From a virus, in IMG/VR virus record IMGVR_UViG_2582581264_000001, positions 1 through 44,209 of that record: DNA of 44,209 nt. One strand, written 5' to 3'. Position numbers and translations under genes: made by a program. Of this stretch, positions 14,109 to 23,044 are shown piece after piece. The number at the start of each line of letters is the position of its first letter. Position 1 is the stretch's first letter. Below the pieces are notes generated by a model, which worked only from the letters and a program-made list of their open reading frames with translations, did not search any database and was not told the DNA's origin.

Positions 14109-14965
14109 TGGCTGATATTTCTGACGTTGCGAACGCGCTGGTAAGCGCGTGCGCCGCCGCGATCTATCCCGGCGGCGCATCCGCAAGCGTGACCGGCGCA
14201 AATACGCGGGTCTATTACGGCTGGCCGGTGGCGGAAAATTTGGACAATGACGGCGCGGCAGGCATCGTCAACGTGTCCGTGTTCGCATCCACCAACATGA
14301 CGAAACTTACAACGCGCTATCCGATTGATTGGGGCGCCATGGTCACGGTGCCAACGGTTACACTTACGGCCACCTTGAGCGGGCAAGTCATTACGCTCGG
14401 TGGGACGGGTGGAGCGGGGCAGAATTTTGGAATATTGGCAGGAAATACCGCTTATATTCACTCCGTTACGGCTTCCGATACTCCCGGCACCGTCGCCGCC
14501 GCGTTTGCTGCGGCTCTTGGCGCGGTTGGTGTTACAGCTTCGGGCGACGCAATCACTTTTCCCGCATCCCTTCCCGTGTACGCGGCCCGCGTTGGCGCGG
14601 TGGGGCAATGGCTTGGAGAAATGCGCAGGCAAGAACAGGGTTTTCTTGTAACCGTGTTTGCGCCAACCCCGGCGCTTCGGGATGCCACGGCAGCAGCGAT
14701 TGACGGCGCCTTGGCCGGGGTCAACTGGCTGACGCTGGCGGACGGTTCAAGCGGGCGCCTCCTTTATCACAGCAGCCGCTCAGATGATAAGCCGGGCGTT
14801 GCGACCGTGTGGCGTAGAACGCTGACATATACGGTTGAGTACGCAACAACACAGGCTTTTGCAGCCGCCCAACTGCTTTTTATGGGCCTAACGGTTACGG
14901 CAGATGGGAGCGCGGTGAACATGCCGCCCGGCAATCTGATGCCATCCACAATCATTCAAATTTAA
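14108..14965 (+). CDS. hypothetical virion protein (285 aa)
   Basis: ATG 14108 overlaps the previous stop codon (TAATG). The product begins MADISDVANALVSA... Confidence 0.6.
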   Translation: MADISDVANALVSACAAAIYPGGASASVTGANTRVYYGWPVAENLDNDGAAGIVNVSVFASTNMTKLTTRYPIDWGAMVTVPTVTLTATLSGQVITLGGTGGAGQNFGILAGNTAYIHSVTASDTPGTVAAAFAAALGAVGVTASGDAITFPASLPVYAARVGAVGQWLGEMRRQEQGFLVTVFAPTPALRDATAAAIDGALAGVNWLTLADGSSGRLLYHSSRSDDKPGVATVWRRTLTYTVEYATTQAFAAAQLLFMGLTVTADGSAVNMPPGNLMPSTIIQI

Positions 14966-14975
14966 CCGAGGTTTT

Positions 14976-15131
14976 ATGGATATTGCCCTGACCGTGCGCG
15001 CCGCTTTCGGCGCGTACTCCATTGGCGACGTGATTACGGAACCGGAGGCCGTGGCCGCCGCTCTGAAAAGCCACCCCTCTTATGTCACCCGGCGCCCGGC
15101 GCCTTCCAAACCGCAGGCCGCCGGAGGCTAA
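14976..15131 (+). CDS. small hypothetical protein (51 aa, below the ORF-track cutoff)
   Basis: Translated by hand: MDIALTVRAAFGAYSIGDVITEPEAVAAALKSHPSY... GAGG RBS. It fills the gap before the sheath gene. Confidence 0.4.
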   Translation: MDIALTVRAAFGAYSIGDVITEPEAVAAALKSHPSYVTRRPAPSKPQAAGG

Positions 15132-15134
15132 TAA

Positions 15135-16715
15135 ATGCCGATTGTAAAGCAAGGCTCTCTTAATACCACCGCGCTTGTGGTGCCAGATTTCTATGTGCAG
15201 ATCGTTCCGCCGCAGGTGCTTAACCTCAACGGCGTCCCCACCAATGTTATTGGCGTTGTAGGCACAGCTAGTTGGGGGCCGTTAGATTCTCCCGTGGTTT
15301 TCGGCAATTCGACTGAATATAATGCCACCTTCGGCCCGATCATGGCGCGCAAGTATGACATGGGCACACAAGTTGCAACGGCCATTCAACAAGGCGCCTC
15401 AAGCTTTGTTGGCGTGCGCGTCTCAGACGGCACAGACGTTGCAGCCGTGAGCAATGCCACCACTCCAACCACATACACAGCCAAATATACAGGGACGCAA
15501 GGCAACAACCTGACCGTTACTCTTGCCGCCGGGTCCGCTGCTAATTCTTGGATGGTGACGGTGGGCATGCCTGGGCAGGCACCGGAGATGTTTAATAACA
15601 TTCCAGGGCCTCCCACGACTTCCCCAAGTTCTTCCGACCTCAACACCTTCTGGCAGGCGGTTGCCACGGCAATCAACAACGGCACGTTGTTGCGCGGCCC
15701 GTCGCAGTTTGTGACCGCAAGCTTCACTACCGCCGCAACCCCGCCCTCCCCCGCCGCCGCTACCTATACATTCAGCGGGGGCACGGACGGCGCTTCAACC
15801 GTTACCGCCTCCACCCTGGTAGGTACAGACATTTCACCGCGTACCGGCATGTATGCCTTGGAGAAGCAGGGCGTTAGCATTGGTGTTTTGGCTGATGCGG
15901 ATGATTCGACGCAATGGAGCGTTCAGGCCGCTTTCGGTTATACCATTGGCGCCTATATGATTCTAGCCAGCCCGGCCAGCCAGACAATCGCCGCCGCCGT
16001 GAGCGCAAAAGCGGCCGCCGGGATTGATGACTATTCAGCCAAGATCATGTTTGGCGACTGGATTTATTGGAACGATCAAACCAACAACGTGACGCGGCTG
16101 GTTTCGCCGCAGGGGTTTGTTGCCGGACGGCTGGCAAACCTGTCACCGGAGCAAAGCAGCCTGAATAAGCCGCTTTATGGAATCGTCGGCTCTCAGAAAT
16201 CCGGGGCACCCGGCTCAACCACTTTTAACACCTATTCGGCGGCGGACCTTTCCGCGCTGCTTTTGGCGGGCATTGACGTAATTGCTAACCCGGCGCCCGG
16301 CGGCAATTATTGGGCGGTGCGTGGCGGCCACAACAGTAGCACAGACGCGGCAATTCAGGGTGATAACTACACGCGCATGACAAATTACATTGCCGCCACC
16401 CTGGCGGCAGGTATGGGCATATTCGTGGGTAATCCAATCAACCTTGGGCTGATGCGTTCCGCGCGATCTACCATGTTGACCTTTCTGAAGAACATGCTTG
16501 GGCAGAACATGCTTGCGCTGCTTGTAGATGGCAGCTTGCCCTATTCTGTGATTTGCGACGCAAGCAACAACCCGCAGAGTCGCGTCTCTCTCGGCTACAT
16601 GCAGGCGGATGCTGCCGTGACCTATCAGGCAATCAATGAGAAATTCATTGTGAACATGCAAGGCGGTCAGACCGTTGTTCAGCCCGCACGGCAGGCGACG
16701 CAGGCCAACGGCTGA
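15135..16715 (+). CDS. tail sheath protein
   Basis: 526 aa. The N-terminal VVPDFYVQIV...VIGVVGTASWGP and the central TGMYALEKQG...LVSPQGFVAGRLANL follow the conserved sheath pattern. Followed by the tube gene. Confidence 0.85.
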   Translation: MPIVKQGSLNTTALVVPDFYVQIVPPQVLNLNGVPTNVIGVVGTASWGPLDSPVVFGNSTEYNATFGPIMARKYDMGTQVATAIQQGASSFVGVRVSDGTDVAAVSNATTPTTYTAKYTGTQGNNLTVTLAAGSAANSWMVTVGMPGQAPEMFNNIPGPPTTSPSSSDLNTFWQAVATAINNGTLLRGPSQFVTASFTTAATPPSPAAATYTFSGGTDGASTVTASTLVGTDISPRTGMYALEKQGVSIGVLADADDSTQWSVQAAFGYTIGAYMILASPASQTIAAAVSAKAAAGIDDYSAKIMFGDWIYWNDQTNNVTRLVSPQGFVAGRLANLSPEQSSLNKPLYGIVGSQKSGAPGSTTFNTYSAADLSALLLAGIDVIANPAPGGNYWAVRGGHNSSTDAAIQGDNYTRMTNYIAATLAAGMGIFVGNPINLGLMRSARSTMLTFLKNMLGQNMLALLVDGSLPYSVICDASNNPQSRVSLGYMQADAAVTYQAINEKFIVNMQGGQTVVQPARQATQANG

Positions 16716-16735
16716 TTTCTCAACTTAACTCAGGG

Positions 16736-16755
16736 AGAGGGGGCGCGCCCCCTCT
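16736..16755. repeat. perfect 20-bp GC palindrome AGAGGGGGCGCGCCCCCTCT between sheath and tube
   Basis: Self-complementary with no T-run. Lies 5 nt before the tube start codon. Confidence 0.85.
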
Positions 16756-16760
16756 AGTGA

Positions 16761-17186
16761 ATGTCGAATCAGTTTAACCTAGGCCGCGACTGTCAAGTGA
16801 CCTTGCAGGGGCCTTATGGCACTGTGAAACTATCTATTGTGACCGGCTTTGAGGCGAAGCAGGTCGTTAATAACGTGAAGGTTGACCCGCTTACCGGGCC
16901 ACCACTTAACGCAAAAGTCCCGCGCGGTTGGAGCGGTTCTTTTTCGGTTGACCGCGCCAGCGATGCGCTTGACTCGCTGGTTTCTCAGATTGAGCAGGGC
17001 TTTTGGGCAAGCGGCGCCTTGGGTTCGTGTGATATTTACCAATACATCACCGAATTGGACGGCTCTACCACCACATATCACTTCGACAACGTGGCAATCT
17101 CGCTTTCCAACGCAGGCAACTATCAGGCCGATCAGGCCGTCAAGCAAACGCTTGAGTTTGACGCAAGCACACGCAAGAGGGTGTAA
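16761..17186 (+). CDS. tail tube protein
   Basis: 141 aa, immediately after the sheath gene. Called by position and size. Confidence 0.75.
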   Translation: MSNQFNLGRDCQVTLQGPYGTVKLSIVTGFEAKQVVNNVKVDPLTGPPLNAKVPRGWSGSFSVDRASDALDSLVSQIEQGFWASGALGSCDIYQYITELDGSTTTYHFDNVAISLSNAGNYQADQAVKQTLEFDASTRKRV

Positions 17187-17189
17187 CCC

Positions 17190-17567
17190 ATGGAAGAAAA
17201 TACCCCCCTCCCCCCGTCAGCCGCGACCGTAAAAACGGCAACGCTTGAGAGCGTTGTTACGGATGCGAAGGGGCGCAAGATCGCTTTTCGCCCCCTCGGC
17301 ATCTTAGATCAGGCGCGAATTTATAAAGCTGTGGGCGCGGACAATTCTGAGAACGGCCCTTACGTCCGCCTTGCAACCATGGCCGCTTCTGTTACCTCCA
17401 TTGACGGCGTGCCTACTCCGGCCAGCCCAACTAATGACCGCGAGGTTGAAGCAGCTATTGCGCGGCTGGGGGACGAGGGCTTTTTAGCCCTCTCCCTCGA
17501 CTTGAACGCCAAGGCTGAAGCCGCCATTGCTGCCGCCCAGGAGGCGGCGGCCTCCGCAAAAAACTAG
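17190..17567 (+). CDS. tail assembly chaperone (G-type, zero-frame product)
   Basis: 125 aa between the tube and tape measure genes. Ends at a slippery heptamer followed by TAG. Confidence 0.75.
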   Translation: MEENTPLPPSAATVKTATLESVVTDAKGRKIAFRPLGILDQARIYKAVGADNSENGPYVRLATMAASVTSIDGVPTPASPTNDREVEAAIARLGDEGFLALSLDLNAKAEAAIAAAQEAAASAKN

Positions 17568-17743
17568 CAACGCACTCCGGCTTTATATCAGCCCTCTGGC
17601 TGGTTAAAAACGGGGTGCCGTATGACGTGGCTATGTGCATGCCGGAAGATGAAAGGCTTGCGCATTGCGTGGTTTTTGGAGAGTTTGAAGGAAATTCCTT
17701 CGATTGGTCCGCCCTAAAATGGCGTGAAAGGCCCTCCGCATGA
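17190..17743 (+). CDS. tail assembly chaperone frameshift fusion (GT-type product)
   Basis: Hand translation after the -1 slip gives ...ASAKK-LATHSGFISALWLVKNGVPYDVAMCMPEDERLAHCVVFGEFEGNSFDWSALKWRERPSA. It has no stop codons and looks protein-like, and its stop overlaps the next ATG (ATGA). Confidence 0.65.
17558..17564 (+). promoter_or_regulatory. -1 programmed ribosomal frameshift slippery site A_AAA_AAC
   Basis: Zero-frame codons are GCA AAA AAC TAG. The -1 frame stays open for 59 further codons, up to TGA 17741-17743. Confidence 0.75.
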
Positions 17744-18204
17744 GGGAATTTGACTTAATGGGGTTCGCTGGGCATCTGGCGGACCTCTCGATTGCCGTTG
17801 AGCATGAGAAAATTGAGGCGTTAACCCGCGCCGCCGTGGTTGTGGAGACCGCAGCAAAGGGCCTTATTGGCCACGATGAAAACCCCGCGGTTGGTCCGTA
17901 TCCTGCTTGGGCCCCCCTGGCGCCGGATACGATTAAGGAAAAGACGGCCCTTGGTTATGTGGGGCGCATCTCCGCTTATGATACTGAGTACCGCACCGGA
18001 GAGTTAGAGCAGAGCATCCATAAGTCTATCAACGCCGCTGGCGCCGTTGTAGGTTCTGCAAGCGAGGTGGCGTTGGTGCAAGAGGAAGGCGACCCGGCCC
18101 ACAATTTGCCGCCGCGTAGCATATTCGGCGCGGCCGGGTTTAAGTCATCGCAAAAAGTTGCGGAGATAATCGGCGCAACTGTGGTTGATATTTTTAAGCG
18201 TTAA
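17740..18204 (+). CDS. HK97 gp10-like tail/neck component
   Basis: ALTRAAVVVETAAKGLIG...YRTGELEQSIHKSI...VGSASEVALVQEEG follows the gp10-family TG-L--SI pattern. Unusual position between the chaperone and tape measure genes. Confidence 0.5.
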   Translation: MREFDLMGFAGHLADLSIAVEHEKIEALTRAAVVVETAAKGLIGHDENPAVGPYPAWAPLAPDTIKEKTALGYVGRISAYDTEYRTGELEQSIHKSINAAGAVVGSASEVALVQEEGDPAHNLPPRSIFGAAGFKSSQKVAEIIGATVVDIFKR

Positions 18205-18205
18205 T

Positions 18206-18319
18206 TTACCAACTCACATAAATCACGCCAAGCAAAAACGCCCACAAGATCGCAACAAAGGCCAGCTTGGCCCCTAATAAAAACCAGCCAAAAACGCTGC
18301 GTTGTTTCGTACCAAACAA
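18206..18319 (-). CDS. candidate antisense small hydrophobic peptide (37 aa, TTG start)
   Basis: Hand translation: MFGTKQRSVFGWFLLGAKLAFVAILWAFLLGVIYVSW. GGAG lies 7 nt upstream of the TTG. The ORF exactly fills the 127-nt gap in the tail operon. No promoter identified. Confidence 0.25.
   Translation of the reverse strand: MFGTKQRSVFGWFLLGAKLAFVAILWAFLLGVIYVSW
18302..18319 (+). promoter_or_regulatory. 18-bp conserved motif, copy C (TTGTTTCGTACCAAACAA)
   Basis: The only copy without an adjacent TTGACA promoter. Lies 12 nt upstream of the tape measure start. Contains a perfect TTGTTT-N6-AAACAA inverted repeat. Confidence 0.6.
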
Positions 18320-18331
18320 AAGGACTCTCCC

Positions 18332-20284
18332 TTGATTGATGCCTACAAGATTGGCGTAAGCATAGCGCTGACCAACGGCGTCTCGCAAGTTCTTCATGTA
18401 ATTCAGCGTGACGTGATGGGGCTGAAGAAATCGGTTGATTTCACAACCGGCAGTCTTGACCGCATGAAGATTGCGGCGGCTGGCTTTGGCGCTGTGATGT
18501 TGGGGGGCGGCGCTCTTACGGCAATGACAAAGCTTGTGGATAAGGGGCAAGCTTTCGTTCAGCAGCAATCAGCCATGAAGCAGGCGGGCATGTCGCAGGC
18601 GCAAGTTGCGCAGGCTACCGCGACGGCGTGGCGCATGACGCAAACCGTCATGACCTCCAACGCCACCGATAACCTGAAGCTACTTCAGGACTTGAAAAAC
18701 ACGCTTGGCAGCATGAATGAGGCCGTTTCGGTTTCAAACCCCATGGGCCGCGTGGTTGCCGTTCTTGGGAATTTGACCGGCAAGCCCTCCGAAGGCGAAG
18801 GCTACGCCCTGGCAAAGTTTTTAGATCAGAGCGGGCGCTTAGTTGACCCGCAGACCGGGGAAATCAGCCCGGCCAATATGCTGAAGTGGGCGCGCATTGC
18901 TGAAGGCATTGCCGCCGCCACGAATGCCCGCGTTGACCCGCGCCAAATGCTCAATTTTCAGGTTGGCGCCAAGGCGGCTGGCTCACAGCTATCAGAACAA
19001 GGGTTTCTTGATTTTGTCCCTACGCTTCTAGCGAACGGCGGTTCCAAGGCGGGCACCTGGCTAGGCTCTCTTGAAGCGCAAATGTTGGGGGGCATTCAAT
19101 TTTATTCGCAATCGGTCCGCTCCTTTGAGGGAATTGGCCTCTTGGACCCGCGCAAGGTTCACAAGGGCGGTGGCGGGCGTTTCGCCATTGGGGATGGCGC
19201 ATGGCAACAATCGGACCTTTTGCGACATGACCCGGCAAAATGGGTTTGGGACGTTCTTATTCCAGACCTCAAAAAGCACGGCTACAAAACGATAGACCAA
19301 CAGGTTAAATTCCTTCAGCACACCGGATTACGGCAGACCGTTTCCGGGTTGCTGGTTGAGTTGCTTCGCAATGAAACAGCCGACAAGCGAGACATTAAAA
19401 ATGTTGGGACGGCGACAAGCGTAGATCAATACAAGATTATGCAAAACACGTCGCCAACGGCGCAGCTAGATGCGTTTAACCAAGCGTGGAATAATTTGTT
19501 GACCGCCTTGGGTTCCCCCATGGTTGGAACGGCCTATCACATGCTTGACCGTGTAACGGCTGAAATCAACAAGCTTGGAGCGTGGGCGGCGGCGCATCCG
19601 AAAGACATTCTTGCCATAGAGAAAATGGTTGCCGCTATCGCCGGTATTACAGTGGTTATGGGCAGCGCTGCGGTGGTGGGTGCGGCTGTAACTGCCTTGG
19701 GCGCCCTAGCGGCTCCCACGGGCCTCCTAGCCCTCGCGGCGGGCATAGCAGCGCTAGGCGACGCCTTCCCAAAAATTCCCAAGTGGCTGATTCACATGGC
19801 GGAGGGCGCAGCGGTAGGGGGCGCGGCTGGCGCCACCGGGGGCGCTTTTGTTGGTGGCGTGGGCGCTGCCCCAGGTGCCGTTGTGGGGTCTATGGTGGGC
19901 GCTGGGGTGGCTGGTGCTGATGAGGTTGGCAAGTGGCTTGCTCATGTCATCATTGGCGCCCAAACGGAACAAAAAGCAGCCCCACCGGCCCATTGGATTA
20001 CTAAACGCGAAAAAAACGGTGACTTGATTTTTTCGGCACCGCCGCAACCCACGGCGCCCCCCACAATTTCGCCAACGGCTCCGGGTGTAGGTTTTAGACC
20101 TCAGTATGTGCCCCCCGCGAAGGATAACAGCACAACGCAGGTTCACACGGTAATCAAGCTAGATGGCCGCGTTTTGGCGCGACACGTCAGCGAACATCAA
20201 GCCCGTGCCGCTAACCGCCCGCCGGCATCCGGCACAGCCTTTGACCCCAGCGCCGCGCCACTCTACCCCAGCAGCGGGAGTTAA
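18332..20284 (+). CDS. tail tape measure protein
   Basis: About 650 aa with a Gly/Ala-rich hydrophobic central region. Start placed at TTG 18332 (AAGGA RBS 7 nt upstream); the track start at 18302 lies inside the conserved motif. Confidence 0.8.
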   Translation: MIDAYKIGVSIALTNGVSQVLHVIQRDVMGLKKSVDFTTGSLDRMKIAAAGFGAVMLGGGALTAMTKLVDKGQAFVQQQSAMKQAGMSQAQVAQATATAWRMTQTVMTSNATDNLKLLQDLKNTLGSMNEAVSVSNPMGRVVAVLGNLTGKPSEGEGYALAKFLDQSGRLVDPQTGEISPANMLKWARIAEGIAAATNARVDPRQMLNFQVGAKAAGSQLSEQGFLDFVPTLLANGGSKAGTWLGSLEAQMLGGIQFYSQSVRSFEGIGLLDPRKVHKGGGGRFAIGDGAWQQSDLLRHDPAKWVWDVLIPDLKKHGYKTIDQQVKFLQHTGLRQTVSGLLVELLRNETADKRDIKNVGTATSVDQYKIMQNTSPTAQLDAFNQAWNNLLTALGSPMVGTAYHMLDRVTAEINKLGAWAAAHPKDILAIEKMVAAIAGITVVMGSAAVVGAAVTALGALAAPTGLLALAAGIAALGDAFPKIPKWLIHMAEGAAVGGAAGATGGAFVGGVGAAPGAVVGSMVGAGVAGADEVGKWLAHVIIGAQTEQKAAPPAHWITKREKNGDLIFSAPPQPTAPPTISPTAPGVGFRPQYVPPAKDNSTTQVHTVIKLDGRVLARHVSEHQARAANRPPASGTAFDPSAAPLYPSSGS

Positions 20285-20286
20285 CC

Positions 20287-21150
20287 TTGAGCTTCCTTTC
20301 AGCAGCTTTTGCGCTCACTGGTGCCCTTGCGGGTGCTGGTGGGGGCGTTACCCTGGCCGGGGTACATCTCACGGGGCTTTCAACCCCGGAAAAGATCAAT
20401 TTTGGCGGCGCGCAAATGGTGGCGGTTCATAAACTGCCCGGCGGGGACCGAATTGTTCACGTCCTTGGCGCTGATGAAAAAGACATAAAATTCTCGGGCA
20501 TCTTCTCCGGTGCTGGTGCCGTCTCTACAGCCTTAAAAATTGACACCGCGCGCAAAGCGGGCATCCCCGTAGCGCTAACTTGGCCCGGCTTCCACCGGCA
20601 AGTTGTGATTGCCGAATTTGATTGCAGTTATGAATCCGGCGGCTTTTTGTTGCCGTATTCGGTGCGTTGCATTGTTGTCCCCTCACCACCCCCCGCACCA
20701 AAACCAACACTTCTCGGCTCTCTCGGCAAAGACGTTCAGAAATCGCTTGGAATTACGGGAATTGTTAGCTCCGTTCAAGGCATTGTAAAAAAAGCCGATG
20801 CGCTGACCTCGCCGCTCCTGGCTGATGCGCAAGGCGCCCTCCTTTCGGTTCAGGGCGTTCTGCCTATCGCTGGCGCGCTCACGGGGGGGAGCGCGGCCTT
20901 TTTGTCTGTGCAGGGGGCAATCAACAAAGCTTCCTCGCTGACCGGCGCAGCGGCGTCCCTAGCGGACGGCAATATGAGTGCGGTGATTGACGCAGCAAGC
21001 AGCGTGGGGGGGGTTATCGGCGGCTCCAATGGCGCAACGGCGATTTCAGCCCTGACCACCGCCGCTAGTGCGGCGGGCGATCTCGCCAACACATTAGCAG
21101 CCAATGGGTTTGTCAAACGCATGGCGGCGAACATTCAGGCGGCGATATAA
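20287..21150 (+). CDS. tail protein (P2 gpU / Mu DNA-circulation N-terminal-domain-like)
   Basis: HKLPGGDRIVHVLGADEKDIKFSGIFSG...ARKAGIPVALTWPGFHRQVVIAEFDCSYE fits the gpU-like pattern. Positioned after the tape measure gene. Confidence 0.5.
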   Translation: MSFLSAAFALTGALAGAGGGVTLAGVHLTGLSTPEKINFGGAQMVAVHKLPGGDRIVHVLGADEKDIKFSGIFSGAGAVSTALKIDTARKAGIPVALTWPGFHRQVVIAEFDCSYESGGFLLPYSVRCIVVPSPPPAPKPTLLGSLGKDVQKSLGITGIVSSVQGIVKKADALTSPLLADAQGALLSVQGVLPIAGALTGGSAAFLSVQGAINKASSLTGAAASLADGNMSAVIDAASSVGGVIGGSNGATAISALTTAASAAGDLANTLAANGFVKRMAANIQAAI

Positions 21151-21338
21151 TGAGCGAGACCGTAACAGTATCAAACACAACTTTGTATCATGTGGCAGCG
21201 GAAAAGCTGGGTGACGCAACACAGTGGATTGTTTTAGCGCAAATAAATGGCCTAAGCGACCCGCAAATAACTGCGCCGGTTTCTTTGAAAATCCCCAGCG
21301 CACCACCGCCCTCAACTGACGGAATCCCTCAACAGTAA
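21150..21338 (+). CDS. tail protein X (LysM-like)
   Basis: 62 aa. TLYHVAAEKLGDATQWIVLAQINGLSDPQITAPVSLKIP matches the gpX/LysM pattern. Confidence 0.7.
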   Translation: MSETVTVSNTTLYHVAAEKLGDATQWIVLAQINGLSDPQITAPVSLKIPSAPPPSTDGIPQQ

Positions 21339-22465
21339 TGACAACGCTTTACCCTACTTCAACCGGAGTCCCCACGGCTTCGGTTGTTGCCCCACGCCTG
21401 CGCATAACGATAAACGGCGCAGATCAGGCGGGCGCAATTCACGCTGACATTGACCAGACCGGGCACTACGGAGCGGATACGTTTGAGGCGGAGATAGCGT
21501 TAGGTAAAAGCGGAGATTATTCGCTTGCTTGGTGGGCCGATCAACAGAACATAGATGTTCAGATCAGCGTTGCGGCCTCAAACGCTGGGGCTTCGGAAAG
21601 CTGGGTTCAGCTTTTTGACGGCATTGTTGACACTGTGGACTTTGATATTGCGCCACAGGTAGTTCGCATCTCAGGCCGTGACAGATCCTCCCTCTTAATC
21701 GACGCGCCAACGCAAGAGGCTTTTCCGAACAAAACCTCAAGCGAAATCGCAACGCTCCTGGCGGAGCGTCATGGGCTAACGCCAAATGTAGCCACAACAA
21801 CAATCTTGGTTGGGCAGTATTACCAGCTTGAACACAGCACTGTCACGCTAGGCGCTTTTTCGCATCAAACGACAGAATGGAACCTGCTAATTTATCTTGC
21901 GCAAAAGGAGGGCTTTGACCTTTGGGTTTCAGGAAATACGCTCAACTTCCAACCGGCGCAGTCTAGTTCAGGTTCGCCCATTGTTGTGAGTTATAAAGCG
22001 CCCTTCGTTGCCTCTCCCTATCCAGTTATGAGCGTGGAAAACCTACAACTTTCCCGCAACCTACGACTGGCAAGCGATATTGAAGTGACAGTGAAAAGTT
22101 GGGACAGCCGCGCTAATCGGGCTTATGAGCGCGTTGTGAGGCTTCCGGGGGTTCACTCAACCGCAACCTCAACGGTTGTAAACTACGTTGAAGTAAAGCC
22201 GGGCCTGTCTCCGGCTGAAGCCCTCAAATACGGCCAGACGATGCTTGCGCAGCTATCGCGGCATGAGCGCGTTATTCATACTGAAATGCCAGCCGATACT
22301 ACGACGACACCGCGCCAAATGGTGCAGCTTTCCAGCACGGGGAGCGCCTTCGATCAGCCTTATTATATAGATTCAATACGGCGCTCCTTGGATTGTAACG
22401 GCGGCTTTACGCAAACGATTAGGGCAAAAAACTCAAGCCCACGGACGCAACAAACGGTGATTTAA
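21338..22465 (+). CDS. baseplate hub / late control gene D-like protein
   Basis: 375 aa, positioned after the X-like and before the V-like gene. N-terminal pattern PRLRITINGADQ...DIDQTGHYGADTFEAEI. Confidence 0.7.
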   Translation: MTTLYPTSTGVPTASVVAPRLRITINGADQAGAIHADIDQTGHYGADTFEAEIALGKSGDYSLAWWADQQNIDVQISVAASNAGASESWVQLFDGIVDTVDFDIAPQVVRISGRDRSSLLIDAPTQEAFPNKTSSEIATLLAERHGLTPNVATTTILVGQYYQLEHSTVTLGAFSHQTTEWNLLIYLAQKEGFDLWVSGNTLNFQPAQSSSGSPIVVSYKAPFVASPYPVMSVENLQLSRNLRLASDIEVTVKSWDSRANRAYERVVRLPGVHSTATSTVVNYVEVKPGLSPAEALKYGQTMLAQLSRHERVIHTEMPADTTTTPRQMVQLSSTGSAFDQPYYIDSIRRSLDCNGGFTQTIRAKNSSPRTQQTVI

Positions 22466-23041
22466 TTGCATGAATTTTTAAACGCCATGAAGCGCGGCTC
22501 GCAGGACATTGCGCGGCGGCTGGCTCAAGCGCGCTACGCCACGATTAAAAGCGTGGACCCGGACAGTTACGCGGTTAAGGTTCTCATCCAACCTGAAGGA
22601 ATCTTAACCGGCTGGCTTCCATGCGGGGCCGCAGCGGTGGGAATCGCGTCTATTTCGGTCCCGCCAATTCCTGAAGATCAGGTGATTGTAGAACCCATGG
22701 AAGGCAGCGCGCAACATTGGGCTATCATTGCCCGCGTGTTTAGCGCTACGGCGCGGCCTCCTATTAGCCCGGCAACAAATAAGCCGGTTCAGTCTGGTGA
22801 AATTGGAATTTTCACCCCCGGCGCGTGGCTGCATTTTACGGGTGGCAATGTTTACGGCGCGGCAACCGATTGGAACCTAAGCGGAAATCTCAATGTCACC
22901 GGGGGCATAAATGCGACACACGACGTTGTGGCAGATTCGGGAGGTTCAACCGTTAGCCTAGCAAATCACGATCATAAAATTTCCGGGGTTCAGTTTGGTA
23001 GCTCCACGCTCACGACCAGCGCCCCCGTACCGGGTTCATAG
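22466..23041 (+). CDS. baseplate assembly protein V / central spike
   Basis: OB-fold-like N-terminus (ATIKSVDPDSYAVKVLIQPEGILTGWLP) and a C-terminal spike segment. Start is TTG 22466 or ATG 22487. Confidence 0.7.
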   Translation: MHEFLNAMKRGSQDIARRLAQARYATIKSVDPDSYAVKVLIQPEGILTGWLPCGAAAVGIASISVPPIPEDQVIVEPMEGSAQHWAIIARVFSATARPPISPATNKPVQSGEIGIFTPGAWLHFTGGNVYGAATDWNLSGNLNVTGGINATHDVVADSGGSTVSLANHDHKISGVQFGSSTLTTSAPVPGS

Positions 23042-23044
23042 CCC

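Noticed and set aside
18206-18568. The full 120-aa minus-strand ORF overlapping the tape measure 5' end
   Set aside because: Most of it is antisense to the tape measure coding sequence. Only the last 37 codons, which fill the intergenic gap and have their own SD and TTG, were kept as a low-confidence candidate.
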